From: an uncultured Bdellovibrionales bacterium
Lineage (GTDB): Bacteria > Bdellovibrionota > Bdellovibrionia > Bdellovibrionales > JAMPXM01
Assembly (NCBI GenBank): GCA_964405465.1
Contig: CAYONZ010000015.1
Span: forward strand, 3,721-67,720
Length of the DNA: 64,000 nucleotides
Direction of reading: 5' to 3'
Below the pieces are notes generated by a model that saw only the letters and a program-made list of their open reading frames with translations, did no database searches and had not been told where the DNA came from. This document shows positions 19,648 to 27,771 of this stretch, in pieces; position 1 is the first letter of the stretch, and each line of letters begins with the position of its first letter. The translations under genes were made by a program, and so were the position numbers.

Positions 19648-20532
19648 TTAGGACCGATTTTTAAGTCTTGGATCAAGTGCATCGCGAAGACCATCGCCTA
19701 AAAGATTGAAAGCAATGACTACCATCAAGATACAAAGTCCAGGTAGTGTCACCAGCCAAGGAGAGGTCTCGATAAAAGACCTGGCATCGGCTAGCATTAC
19801 GCCCCACTCAGGAGTGGGTGCCTGTGCACCAAGACCCAAGAAACCGAGTGCCGCAACACTCAATATACCATCACTAAAACCAAGAGCCATTTGCACAAGA
19901 ATCGGCCCTAAACAATTTGGCAGTATGGTCAACACGGCCAAGCGAAAGTCGGTGGCACCAAACGAGCGTGAGGCTTGGACATAAGCTTTTTCTTTCTCAG
20001 CCAAAACGCTTGCTCTCACCAAACGAACAAACGAGGGGATTAATGTGACCGAGACTGCCAAAAGAGCATTTACAAAACTCTGTCCTAATACCGCAACAAC
20101 AACAATCGAAAGTAAAATACTCGGAAGCGACATCAAAATATCGGTCAAACGTGAAATGACAGCGTCGATTCGCCCTTCGCGAAAACCAGCCCAAAGTCCC
20201 AGGGAGACGCCGACGGCACCAGAAAGCAGCACCACTACAAATCCAGCGAGCAGAGATACTCTTGCCCCGTAAATTAGCCTCGACAGGAGATCGCGACCGA
20301 CATCATCTGTTCCCAGAAGAAAACGTGTATTGCTATTAGGGGCCTGTAGCTCTGGGCTCAATGTGCTTGACCAAATTGGATTGAGTTTCAATTGCCCATC
20401 AAAAATTTCGGTCGGATCATGAGGAGCCAAAATTGGAGCCAATAGAGCAACTATCACAAAAAACAAAACCACTCCAAGACCCAGGAGTGCTGCCCGATTT
20501 CTTTTTAAAAGATTCCAAAATACCACCATCAA
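19648..20532 (-). CDS. dppC: dipeptide ABC transporter permease
   Basis: OppC/DppC-type permease with N-terminal oligopeptide-transport segment and an EAA-like loop. Confidence 0.85.
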   Translation of the reverse strand: MMVVFWNLLKRNRAALLGLGVVLFFVIVALLAPILAPHDPTEIFDGQLKLNPIWSSTLSPELQAPNSNTRFLLGTDDVGRDLLSRLIYGARVSLLAGFVVVLLSGAVGVSLGLWAGFREGRIDAVISRLTDILMSLPSILLSIVVVAVLGQSFVNALLAVSVTLIPSFVRLVRASVLAEKEKAYVQASRSFGATDFRLAVLTILPNCLGPILVQMALGFSDGILSVAALGFLGLGAQAPTPEWGVMLADARSFIETSPWLVTLPGLCILMVVIAFNLLGDGLRDALDPRLKNRS

Positions 20533-20539
20533 AATATTC

Positions 20540-21553
20540 TCACAGTTTTGCTCGCATTTGTGGATTCACCCAAAAATAGGCGACGTCGACCAAAAGATTC
20601 GTCAATACGACAAGCAGGGCAATCAACAACACACCCCCCTGAATAACAGGGTAATCACGGGACAAGACACTTTGCACGATCCACTTTCCGATTCCTGGCC
20701 AAGAAAATAATGTTTCGGTTAAAACGGCTCCCGTCAAAAGACTCCCCAATGTCAAACCAATCACCGTTACGATAGGAATGAGTGCATTTCGTAAAGCATG
20801 TACAAAATAAACACGCCAACTCGCAACGCCCTTTGCTTTTGCCGTTCGAATATAATCTTCATGTAAAACCTCAAGTAGGCTTGAGCGAGTCATTCGTGCT
20901 ATCACGGCGAGAGGAATTGTTCCCAACACGATTGAGGGCAAAACCAAATGTGCAAGCGCACTTTTAAACGCAAGCCAAGCCTCATCACTTTTCCAAACAT
21001 CGATTAACATCAAGCCCGACCATTGAGGTACATCGAATTCAGCTGCAATTCTCCCTGAAACCGGAGTCAGGCCGAGTTGGACCGAAAAAAACATAATCAA
21101 TAGCAATCCCCACCAAAAAACTGGCATCGAAAATCCGACCAATGAACTTGTCATGACAAGATAGTCTGCAAGTTTATTGCGCCTCAAAGCTGCCCAAATG
21201 CCCAGAGGAATTCCAAAAATCACGGCAATTGCAAGCGCCACCGTCGACAATTCGATCGTGGCAGGAAACCGATCAAGAAATTCTTCAGACACTGGACGTT
21301 TCGAAGATATAGATGTGCCAAGATCCCCGCGTATGGCCCCCCAAACAAATTTTATGTATTGTTCAGGCAATGGGCGATCCAGCCCCATGGAAGCTTTCAT
21401 TTCTTGGTAAGCTTGTTCAGATGAACCTCGCTCACCGAGCATCAAAAGCACTGGGTCGCCAGGGATCATTCGAATCAAGAAGAACGACAATAGTGTGACA
21501 CCAATTAATGTTGGAATACCCATGGCTAAACGGCGAACAATAAAAATCAGCAT
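20540..21553 (-). CDS. dppB: dipeptide ABC transporter permease
   Basis: The MLIFIVRRL..IPTLIGVTLLSFFLI..PGDPV start is typical of DppB/OppB. Confidence 0.85.
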   Translation of the reverse strand: MLIFIVRRLAMGIPTLIGVTLLSFFLIRMIPGDPVLLMLGERGSSEQAYQEMKASMGLDRPLPEQYIKFVWGAIRGDLGTSISSKRPVSEEFLDRFPATIELSTVALAIAVIFGIPLGIWAALRRNKLADYLVMTSSLVGFSMPVFWWGLLLIMFFSVQLGLTPVSGRIAAEFDVPQWSGLMLIDVWKSDEAWLAFKSALAHLVLPSIVLGTIPLAVIARMTRSSLLEVLHEDYIRTAKAKGVASWRVYFVHALRNALIPIVTVIGLTLGSLLTGAVLTETLFSWPGIGKWIVQSVLSRDYPVIQGGVLLIALLVVLTNLLVDVAYFWVNPQMRAKL

Positions 21554-23151
21554 TACTTCAAATCAACTCCATAAAAAGAGTCTGTCCCAAGTGGACTAAT
21601 TTTAAATCCAGTCACATTCTTCGCCATTGCCCTAAATACTTTGGCATGGGCAAGTGTCACCCAAGGAGCCTGTTCCTTAAAAATCCTCTGAGCCTCTTCA
21701 TAAAACTTAGTTCGCTTTTTAATATCGTTGGTCGTCTTCGCCTGCTCCATGAGTTTATCATACGCTTTGTCGCACCAACGTGAATAATTGCTCCCACTCT
21801 CGACTGCTGCACAACCCAAGAGAGTGTTCATAAAATTATCAGGATCGCCAATATCGGCGGTCCAACCAGCGAGCAACATTTCATGTTCACCTTTTCGAGC
21901 CTTTGCAAGATAAGTCGCCCACTCAAACGTAACTAAATTTAGTTTAATGCCAATCTTAGCTAAATCGGCTTGCATCATTTCGGCCATTTTCTTGGCCGCT
22001 GGATTGTATGGGCGAGAGACAGGTAAATACCAAAGAGTTGTCTCAAACCCTTTCTCAAAACCTGCTTTCTTCAACAAGGCTTTGGCTTTCTCAACATTAT
22101 ACTCGTAATCTTTTATGGATTTATTATAGCCCCATAGTGAGGGCGGCAACGGATTTTTCGCAATAGATGCAAAACCTAAATAGACGGCCTCTAGGTAAGC
22201 CGCGCGATTGAGTGCCATGTGAATGGCCTGGCGAACTTCGAGTTTATCGAACGGAGCCTTTTGCGTGTTGAATGCCAAGTACCCAACATTCAAACCTTCT
22301 TGCTCAAGCACTAAAAGCTTTGGATCTTTCTTCATAGCACCCAAATCACTGGGCTGTGGCTCGGCGATAAGATGGCACTCTCCTGCCTTCAATTTCTGCG
22401 TTCGCACACTCGCATCTTTAGTGATCGCAAAAACCAATTTATCGATTGCGGCTCTTCCCGCAAAATAATTTGCATTGGCTTCATAGCGAATTTGCGTGTC
22501 TTTAGAATAACTCTGAAAAACAAACGGGCCAGTTCCAATCGGCTCGAAATCAATTTTCTCGGGAGTTTTATTCGCCAATAATTTTTGCCCGTATTCTGCA
22601 GACAAAATGCTTGCGAAATCCATTGCCATATCAACTAAGAATGGAGCTTCAGCCTTAGCCAAAATAAATTTGACCGTTTGTTCATCGACTTTAACAACCT
22701 CTTTGATCAGCGTATCGAGCTCCATAGATTTGAAATACTCATACACTCCACCATTCACTTTGTTGTAAGGATGACTAACCTTCAACATTCTCTCGAAGCT
22801 AAACACGACATCGTCAGCATTAAACTCTCGCGTCGGCGTAAAATATTTTGTCGTATGAAACTTCACACCTTTTCGAAGTTTAAAAGTATAGACCTTCCCA
22901 CCGTCTGAAATGGTCCATGATTCTGCTAATGAGGGAACAACCTCAGTAGTTCCAGCCTTAAAGTCGGCCAAGCGATTGTAGATCGCACGCGAACTCGCAT
23001 TGAACGTCGGACCGTCGCTTCCCATCTGGGGATTAAATGTGGAAGGACTCGCCTCTGAGCAATAAATCAAAGTCTTTGTCGCATTTGCTGAGGCAACTCC
23101 CAAGATCGACACCATCAAACCAATAAACAATTTTAATTGAGATCGAAACAT
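21553..23151 (-). CDS. dppA: dipeptide ABC transporter substrate-binding protein (family 5)
   Basis: Signal peptide, then TLIYCSEASPSTFNPQ..YNRL..GTTEVVPSLAESW, closely like enterobacterial DppA. Confidence 0.85.
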   Translation of the reverse strand: MFRSQLKLFIGLMVSILGVASANATKTLIYCSEASPSTFNPQMGSDGPTFNASSRAIYNRLADFKAGTTEVVPSLAESWTISDGGKVYTFKLRKGVKFHTTKYFTPTREFNADDVVFSFERMLKVSHPYNKVNGGVYEYFKSMELDTLIKEVVKVDEQTVKFILAKAEAPFLVDMAMDFASILSAEYGQKLLANKTPEKIDFEPIGTGPFVFQSYSKDTQIRYEANANYFAGRAAIDKLVFAITKDASVRTQKLKAGECHLIAEPQPSDLGAMKKDPKLLVLEQEGLNVGYLAFNTQKAPFDKLEVRQAIHMALNRAAYLEAVYLGFASIAKNPLPPSLWGYNKSIKDYEYNVEKAKALLKKAGFEKGFETTLWYLPVSRPYNPAAKKMAEMMQADLAKIGIKLNLVTFEWATYLAKARKGEHEMLLAGWTADIGDPDNFMNTLLGCAAVESGSNYSRWCDKAYDKLMEQAKTTNDIKKRTKFYEEAQRIFKEQAPWVTLAHAKVFRAMAKNVTGFKISPLGTDSFYGVDLK

Positions 23152-23193
23152 GAAGCCTCCCCGAGAAATTTAGAAAATTATCGGCACTAATGG

Positions 23194-24036
23194 CTACCGA
23201 AGCAAGCTTGCATCTAAGCTTTTGCGAGGCGGCAGGGTCCAATCGATCGGTGCGATTCCCTTCTTTTCCAAATACGAATTAATTTTGGAAAACGGTCGAC
23301 TCCCAAGAAATCCCCTGGAGGCTGACAGTGGCGAAGGATGAACTGATTCAATAACGAGATGTTTACTTCGATCAATAAACTGACCCTTTTTTTGTGCATA
23401 TGCACCCCAAAGAACGAAAACCAAATTTTCTCTTTGAGTATTCAATCGGTCGATCACTTGGTCTGTGAATTTCTCCCAACCACGATTTTGGTGTGAGGCG
23501 GGACGCCCATCCTCTACCGTCAACACGGCGTTCAATAGCAAAACACCTTGATCAGCCCACGACAATAGGCAACCGTGGTCAGCCCGTGGAATGCCGAGGT
23601 CTGCTTGAAGCTCCTTGTAGATGTTCAGCAACGATGGAGGAAGCTTCACATCAGGACGTACGGAAAAACACAATCCATGTGCTTGCCCAGGCCCATGATA
23701 GGGATCTTGCCCAAGAATTACGACTTTCACATTTTGAAATTTCGTATGATCAAATGCCGCGAATATCTCAGATGATTTTGGATAGATTTGTTTTTTTTCC
23801 TTCTTCTCGCTCTGCAAAAATGCTCGCAAACTGTGCATATAGGGCTTCTCGAATTCTTCGTTTAATTGAAGCAACCAACCCGGCTCCATCTTCACTCGAT
23901 TGCCATTGTCCAGTGCTGACTTCTGCAAATTTTCCGCTGCAGACAACGCTGTCATACCATACTTGGTCCTGTCACCTTCTGAGTCGCACCCTTTAAACGC
24001 TTGAGAGACTTGCTTCTCAGGTAATTCATCGTTCAT
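23194..24036 (-). CDS. ung: uracil-DNA glycosylase, family 1, with an N-terminal extension
   Basis: [22 protein letters not shown] and HPSPLSA motifs. The start is uncertain (24036, 24057 or 24117). Confidence 0.85.
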   Translation of the reverse strand: MNDELPEKQVSQAFKGCDSEGDRTKYGMTALSAAENLQKSALDNGNRVKMEPGWLLQLNEEFEKPYMHSLRAFLQSEKKEKKQIYPKSSEIFAAFDHTKFQNVKVVILGQDPYHGPGQAHGLCFSVRPDVKLPPSLLNIYKELQADLGIPRADHGCLLSWADQGVLLLNAVLTVEDGRPASHQNRGWEKFTDQVIDRLNTQRENLVFVLWGAYAQKKGQFIDRSKHLVIESVHPSPLSASRGFLGSRPFSKINSYLEKKGIAPIDWTLPPRKSLDASLLR

Positions 24037-24247
24037 CTCAATTCCCCATCTTGACATTAATAACTTCGAACACACATTAAAGTTGAGTATTAGAACGCGA
24101 ACCACAGAGTTGTTCACTGCAAAGCAGGAATCGATTTTAAGTTCTCAATATGTGGTTCCTGATCTAGCAGGTGACGAAGCGCGCTCAGACTGATGTCAAA
24201 ATGACATGCCACCGTCAACAAACTAACATCAACGAACGGAGACGATC

Positions 24248-24649
24248 GTGCAAAATCCAAAAGAAAACAAGACGCAAGTTGGTCCACAAGTTGATGTTTC
24301 AAAATTAAGCGGGTCGTCAACAACTGAGGTAAGAGCTTATATTTTGCAAAAACTTGTAGAGGCCGAAAGGCACAACACGGTTGCCCTCGAGATTTCGGTC
24401 AATATTGAGAATTTTGAGGGACAGATAAATGGCAAAACGCAGAAGGGTTTTGTGGCGTTCATTGCTGCTGATTCGAAGGAATTCAATATTCGAGTTAAGG
24501 GGAGAAGCCTAAACATTTACAAGGCGATTGATCGCGCCAACGAGAAATTCTTATCGGCTCTCGGAAATGTGCAAGAATTTATGAACGACAACCCGTCGCG
24601 TGAAGCACTCCTTGCTGCGCTTGAAAACGGCCAAAGTCTGATCCATTAA
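24248..24649 (+). CDS. RaiA/HPF-like ribosome-associated protein (tentative)
   Basis: GTG start. NIYKAIDRANEKFLSALGNVQ resembles the conserved C-terminal helix of the YfiA/HPF family. Confidence 0.45.
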   Translation: MQNPKENKTQVGPQVDVSKLSGSSTTEVRAYILQKLVEAERHNTVALEISVNIENFEGQINGKTQKGFVAFIAADSKEFNIRVKGRSLNIYKAIDRANEKFLSALGNVQEFMNDNPSREALLAALENGQSLIH

Positions 24650-24663
24650 AGGCCGGCAAATTG

Positions 24664-24688
24664 GAGGGGACGGAGCCCCTCTTTTTTT
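24664..24688 (+). terminator. rho-independent terminator built from a GGGGACGGAG copy
   Basis: GAGGGG-acggag-CCCCTC stem-loop followed by TTTTTTT. The motif copy at 24666-24675 supplies one arm and the loop. Confidence 0.75.
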
Positions 24689-24828
24689 ATCTTTTATCCC
24701 AAAACCATAAATGCAAGTGATTGATTTTACTTTTGATTATTAAATTGCATACAATTTAATTGAAAACAATTCGTATTCCGTGTATTCTGATCTCACTGCA
24801 TCAGTTTTTGGGCAGCAAAGGAGAACTC

Positions 24829-25254
24829 ATGAAAGCACTCTATACCACAATTGCCACAGCCACCGGAGGCCGCGAAGGCCGAGCACGAAGTTCCGATGGA
24901 ACCCTTGATTTAGTGCTCGCCCTCCCTAAGGAGCTCGGTGGATCTGGTAAGACACAGGCCACCAATCCCGAGCAACTATTTGCGGCTGGATACGCCGCCT
25001 GTTTTGAAAACGCTGTTCGACATTTAGCTCGAGCCAAAAAAATTGCCATCTCGCAATCAGCAGTGACAGCCCGGGTGGGAATTGGTCCAAACGAGTCCGG
25101 CGGATTTGCTCTCGATGTTGAGCTCGATGTTTCCCTTCCAGAAGTTGACCCTAAAATTGCCGAAGAGTTGATCCAACAGGCTCACTCAGAAGTTTGCCCC
25201 TACTCCAATGCCACTCGAGGCAACATCGACGTGCGGGTAAAATTAATTAAATAG
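24829..25254 (+). CDS. ohr: organic hydroperoxide resistance protein (Ohr/OsmC family)
   Basis: MKALYTTIATATGGREGRA start after GGAGAA, and the two conserved Cys contexts (AAGYAACFENA and EVCPYSNATRGNI). Confidence 0.85.
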   Translation: MKALYTTIATATGGREGRARSSDGTLDLVLALPKELGGSGKTQATNPEQLFAAGYAACFENAVRHLARAKKIAISQSAVTARVGIGPNESGGFALDVELDVSLPEVDPKIAEELIQQAHSEVCPYSNATRGNIDVRVKLIK

Positions 25255-25261
25255 CATTTAT

Positions 25262-26077
25262 TTATGCGGGATTGTCCGATTCAATATAGTGGCACTCAAG
25301 CTGGGGAAAATCTTTCCGCAGCTTGTTCATAACAGCCAAAACTCCGAATCGTTCAGTCGCGTGATGACCCCCAGCGTACATATGTATTCCCGACTCCCGA
25401 CTCTCATGATAGTCGTGCTCGCTCATTTCACCAGTCAGATAGGCGTCGAGCCCCAAGCTCAGACTTTCGGTCCACTGCGAATTCGCACCACCCGTAATAA
25501 TACCTATCGATTGAATTTTACTCACGCCAAACCCAAGCCCATTGGGATTAGAATAATAGACCTCATGGTTCAAAATTTTAACCAACCTATTTCGCAATTC
25601 AATTGGATCCTGCGGAGTCAAAAATCTTCCATAAACTCCAGTGGACATTTTTTTGTACAATCCAAACGGTGCAATACCGCTCAGCTGAAGTTGTTCTGCT
25701 AAAGTCGAAGCATTGCCGACTTCGAGATGCCCATCTAATGGCAAATGATATCCATACAAATTGATTTTGTTTTCAATCAAGGGCAACACTCTTCTCGCAA
25801 ACGCCCCGGTCAAAGTTCTCGGGCCATGAAATTTCCAAAAAAGCCCATGGTGCACAAAGAGCGCATCTGCCTTCAACTCCACTGCCTTTTTCACCGAATG
25901 ACTTGTCGCTGACACGGCAAACGCTACACGAGCGATTCGTGGGGCCCCCTCAACTTGCAAACCATTCGGACAATAATCATCGAAAAGACTTGGTTGAAAC
26001 ATGGTTTCAAAATACTCATCCAAATCTTCTCGACTCACTCCTTGATTTTCTGGCGAATTATCAGTCGGTGCTGGCAC
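25262..26077 (-). CDS. Nif3-like dinuclear metal centre protein (YbgI family)
   Basis: NGLQVEG, FVHHGLFW and GGHHATE motifs. Confidence 0.8.
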   Translation of the reverse strand: MPAPTDNSPENQGVSREDLDEYFETMFQPSLFDDYCPNGLQVEGAPRIARVAFAVSATSHSVKKAVELKADALFVHHGLFWKFHGPRTLTGAFARRVLPLIENKINLYGYHLPLDGHLEVGNASTLAEQLQLSGIAPFGLYKKMSTGVYGRFLTPQDPIELRNRLVKILNHEVYYSNPNGLGFGVSKIQSIGIITGGANSQWTESLSLGLDAYLTGEMSEHDYHESRESGIHMYAGGHHATERFGVLAVMNKLRKDFPQLECHYIESDNPA

Positions 26078-26100
26078 GGCCTCACTCCTTCATCAAATTT

Positions 26101-27771
26101 CTATTTCCTAATGTAGTTATAAAAAGCTACTGCGCTTAAAACAACGGCAAGCCCATAAGAAATTGCACTCATAAACGGAAGGTTTAATAGCTTTGGCTCT
26201 TTGTCTACTATTTGTAAAATCGAAGCACTTAAAATGAGACTGCCAATGACAAAACCTAGAAAGATAATATTCGAACCCGTCTCGACAGATCTCTTGAGTT
26301 CATCCACCCCGTGTATTTTGTGTTTCAAAGAAAAATCTGGATGATTGATCTTGCGGACCATTTGCTTAAGCTGCTTAGGCAAAATAGCAAGCAGAGACGC
26401 GGAATCACGCGCCAAATATAAAAGATCTTCTTTCACTCTTTCCGGTTCATACCGCGTTTTGACCAACTCCGAGGCAAAGGCCATTGCTTGAGCCAGGAAA
26501 TCAAAGTCCTTCAGCACCAACCGACCCATACCCTCAACCGTAACTATAGACTTAAAAAACAACATCAACTCACTCGGCATAACCAAATGGTATCGCGCCG
26601 CTATTGCCGTACTCTCCATCAGCAATTTTCCAAAATCCACATTCTTCGTCGAGAGTCCAAAGTAGGGAGCCAATAAATCCCTTAGGTCTTTTGCGAAACG
26701 ATCCAAATCTACCCGGTCATTAAATGGTGCCAACTCTACATACTCATAGGCCATTCGCTCATAGTCCTCTGTGTATAGTGCCACAAACATATTGGCGATC
26801 GTATTTTGAGACTTGCGATTCAGTCGCCCCACAATTCCAAAATCAATCAAACCAATGCGGCCATCTGCCATCACAAAAAGATTTCCAGCATGAAGGTCAC
26901 CATGAAATAGTCCATCCTTGAAAACCATTTTTAAATAACATCGAAGGCCCTCATTCATGAATTTTTCTCGATCAATTCCCTCCTGCAAAAGGGCCGCACG
27001 ATTGCTAAGGGGAATTCCCTGTAAAGCTTCTAGCACTAGAATTCGACGTGTTGAGCACTCGAGATAGACCTGGGGTATTTTGATCGACGATTCATTCCGA
27101 AAGTTTTCAGAAACCCTTCTGATGTTATTTGCTTCGATAATAAAATTTGTTTCTAATTCGAGTGTTTTAAAAAACTCATCAACAATCCCAACGGGATTGA
27201 AAGCTCTGGTTTCTGGAGCATATTTCTCAAGTAGATCAGCAATGAAATAAAGAATTCCTACGTCTTGCTGGATCGTCTCAACGATTCCTGGACGCTGAAC
27301 CTTGACGACTACCGCCTCTCCATTCTTTAGAGTCGCACGATGTACCTGCGCAATACTAGCCGCACCCAAAGGCAAGGGTTCGAAAACTTCAAAGGTTTCA
27401 TGCAGATCACAACCCAGCTCTCCTTCGATGACTTTCCGAATATCTCCAAATGGAAGTGCAGATACTTGATCATGAAGTTTTTTAAACTCATCAACAAAAT
27501 CACTTGGAACTAGATCGGGCCTAGTCGCAAGCAATTGCCCCAACTTGACAAATGTGGGTCCAAGCTCCTCGAAGCTTAAACGCATTCGCTCCGCAGGGGT
27601 CAAATTTTCGACCCCTGAACGGTTCATACGATCTAAGACAAACCTTCCAAGATTAATTTTTTCGGCGACGCTTCGAAACCCGTTCTTTGCGAACACGCCC
27701 ACGATTGTTTTCAGTCTTGCCGCGTTTTTGAACGTATTTCCGATTTTCATCGGAGCCCTTAGAAGATTCAA
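26101..27771 (-). CDS. ubiB: ABC1/UbiB family kinase-like protein
   Basis: AASIAQVHRATL..VVKVQRPG, HGDLHAGNL and IDFG, plus C-terminal TM helices. Confidence 0.85.
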   Translation of the reverse strand: MNLLRAPMKIGNTFKNAARLKTIVGVFAKNGFRSVAEKINLGRFVLDRMNRSGVENLTPAERMRLSFEELGPTFVKLGQLLATRPDLVPSDFVDEFKKLHDQVSALPFGDIRKVIEGELGCDLHETFEVFEPLPLGAASIAQVHRATLKNGEAVVVKVQRPGIVETIQQDVGILYFIADLLEKYAPETRAFNPVGIVDEFFKTLELETNFIIEANNIRRVSENFRNESSIKIPQVYLECSTRRILVLEALQGIPLSNRAALLQEGIDREKFMNEGLRCYLKMVFKDGLFHGDLHAGNLFVMADGRIGLIDFGIVGRLNRKSQNTIANMFVALYTEDYERMAYEYVELAPFNDRVDLDRFAKDLRDLLAPYFGLSTKNVDFGKLLMESTAIAARYHLVMPSELMLFFKSIVTVEGMGRLVLKDFDFLAQAMAFASELVKTRYEPERVKEDLLYLARDSASLLAILPKQLKQMVRKINHPDFSLKHKIHGVDELKRSVETGSNIIFLGFVIGSLILSASILQIVDKEPKLLNLPFMSAISYGLAVVLSAVAFYNYIRK

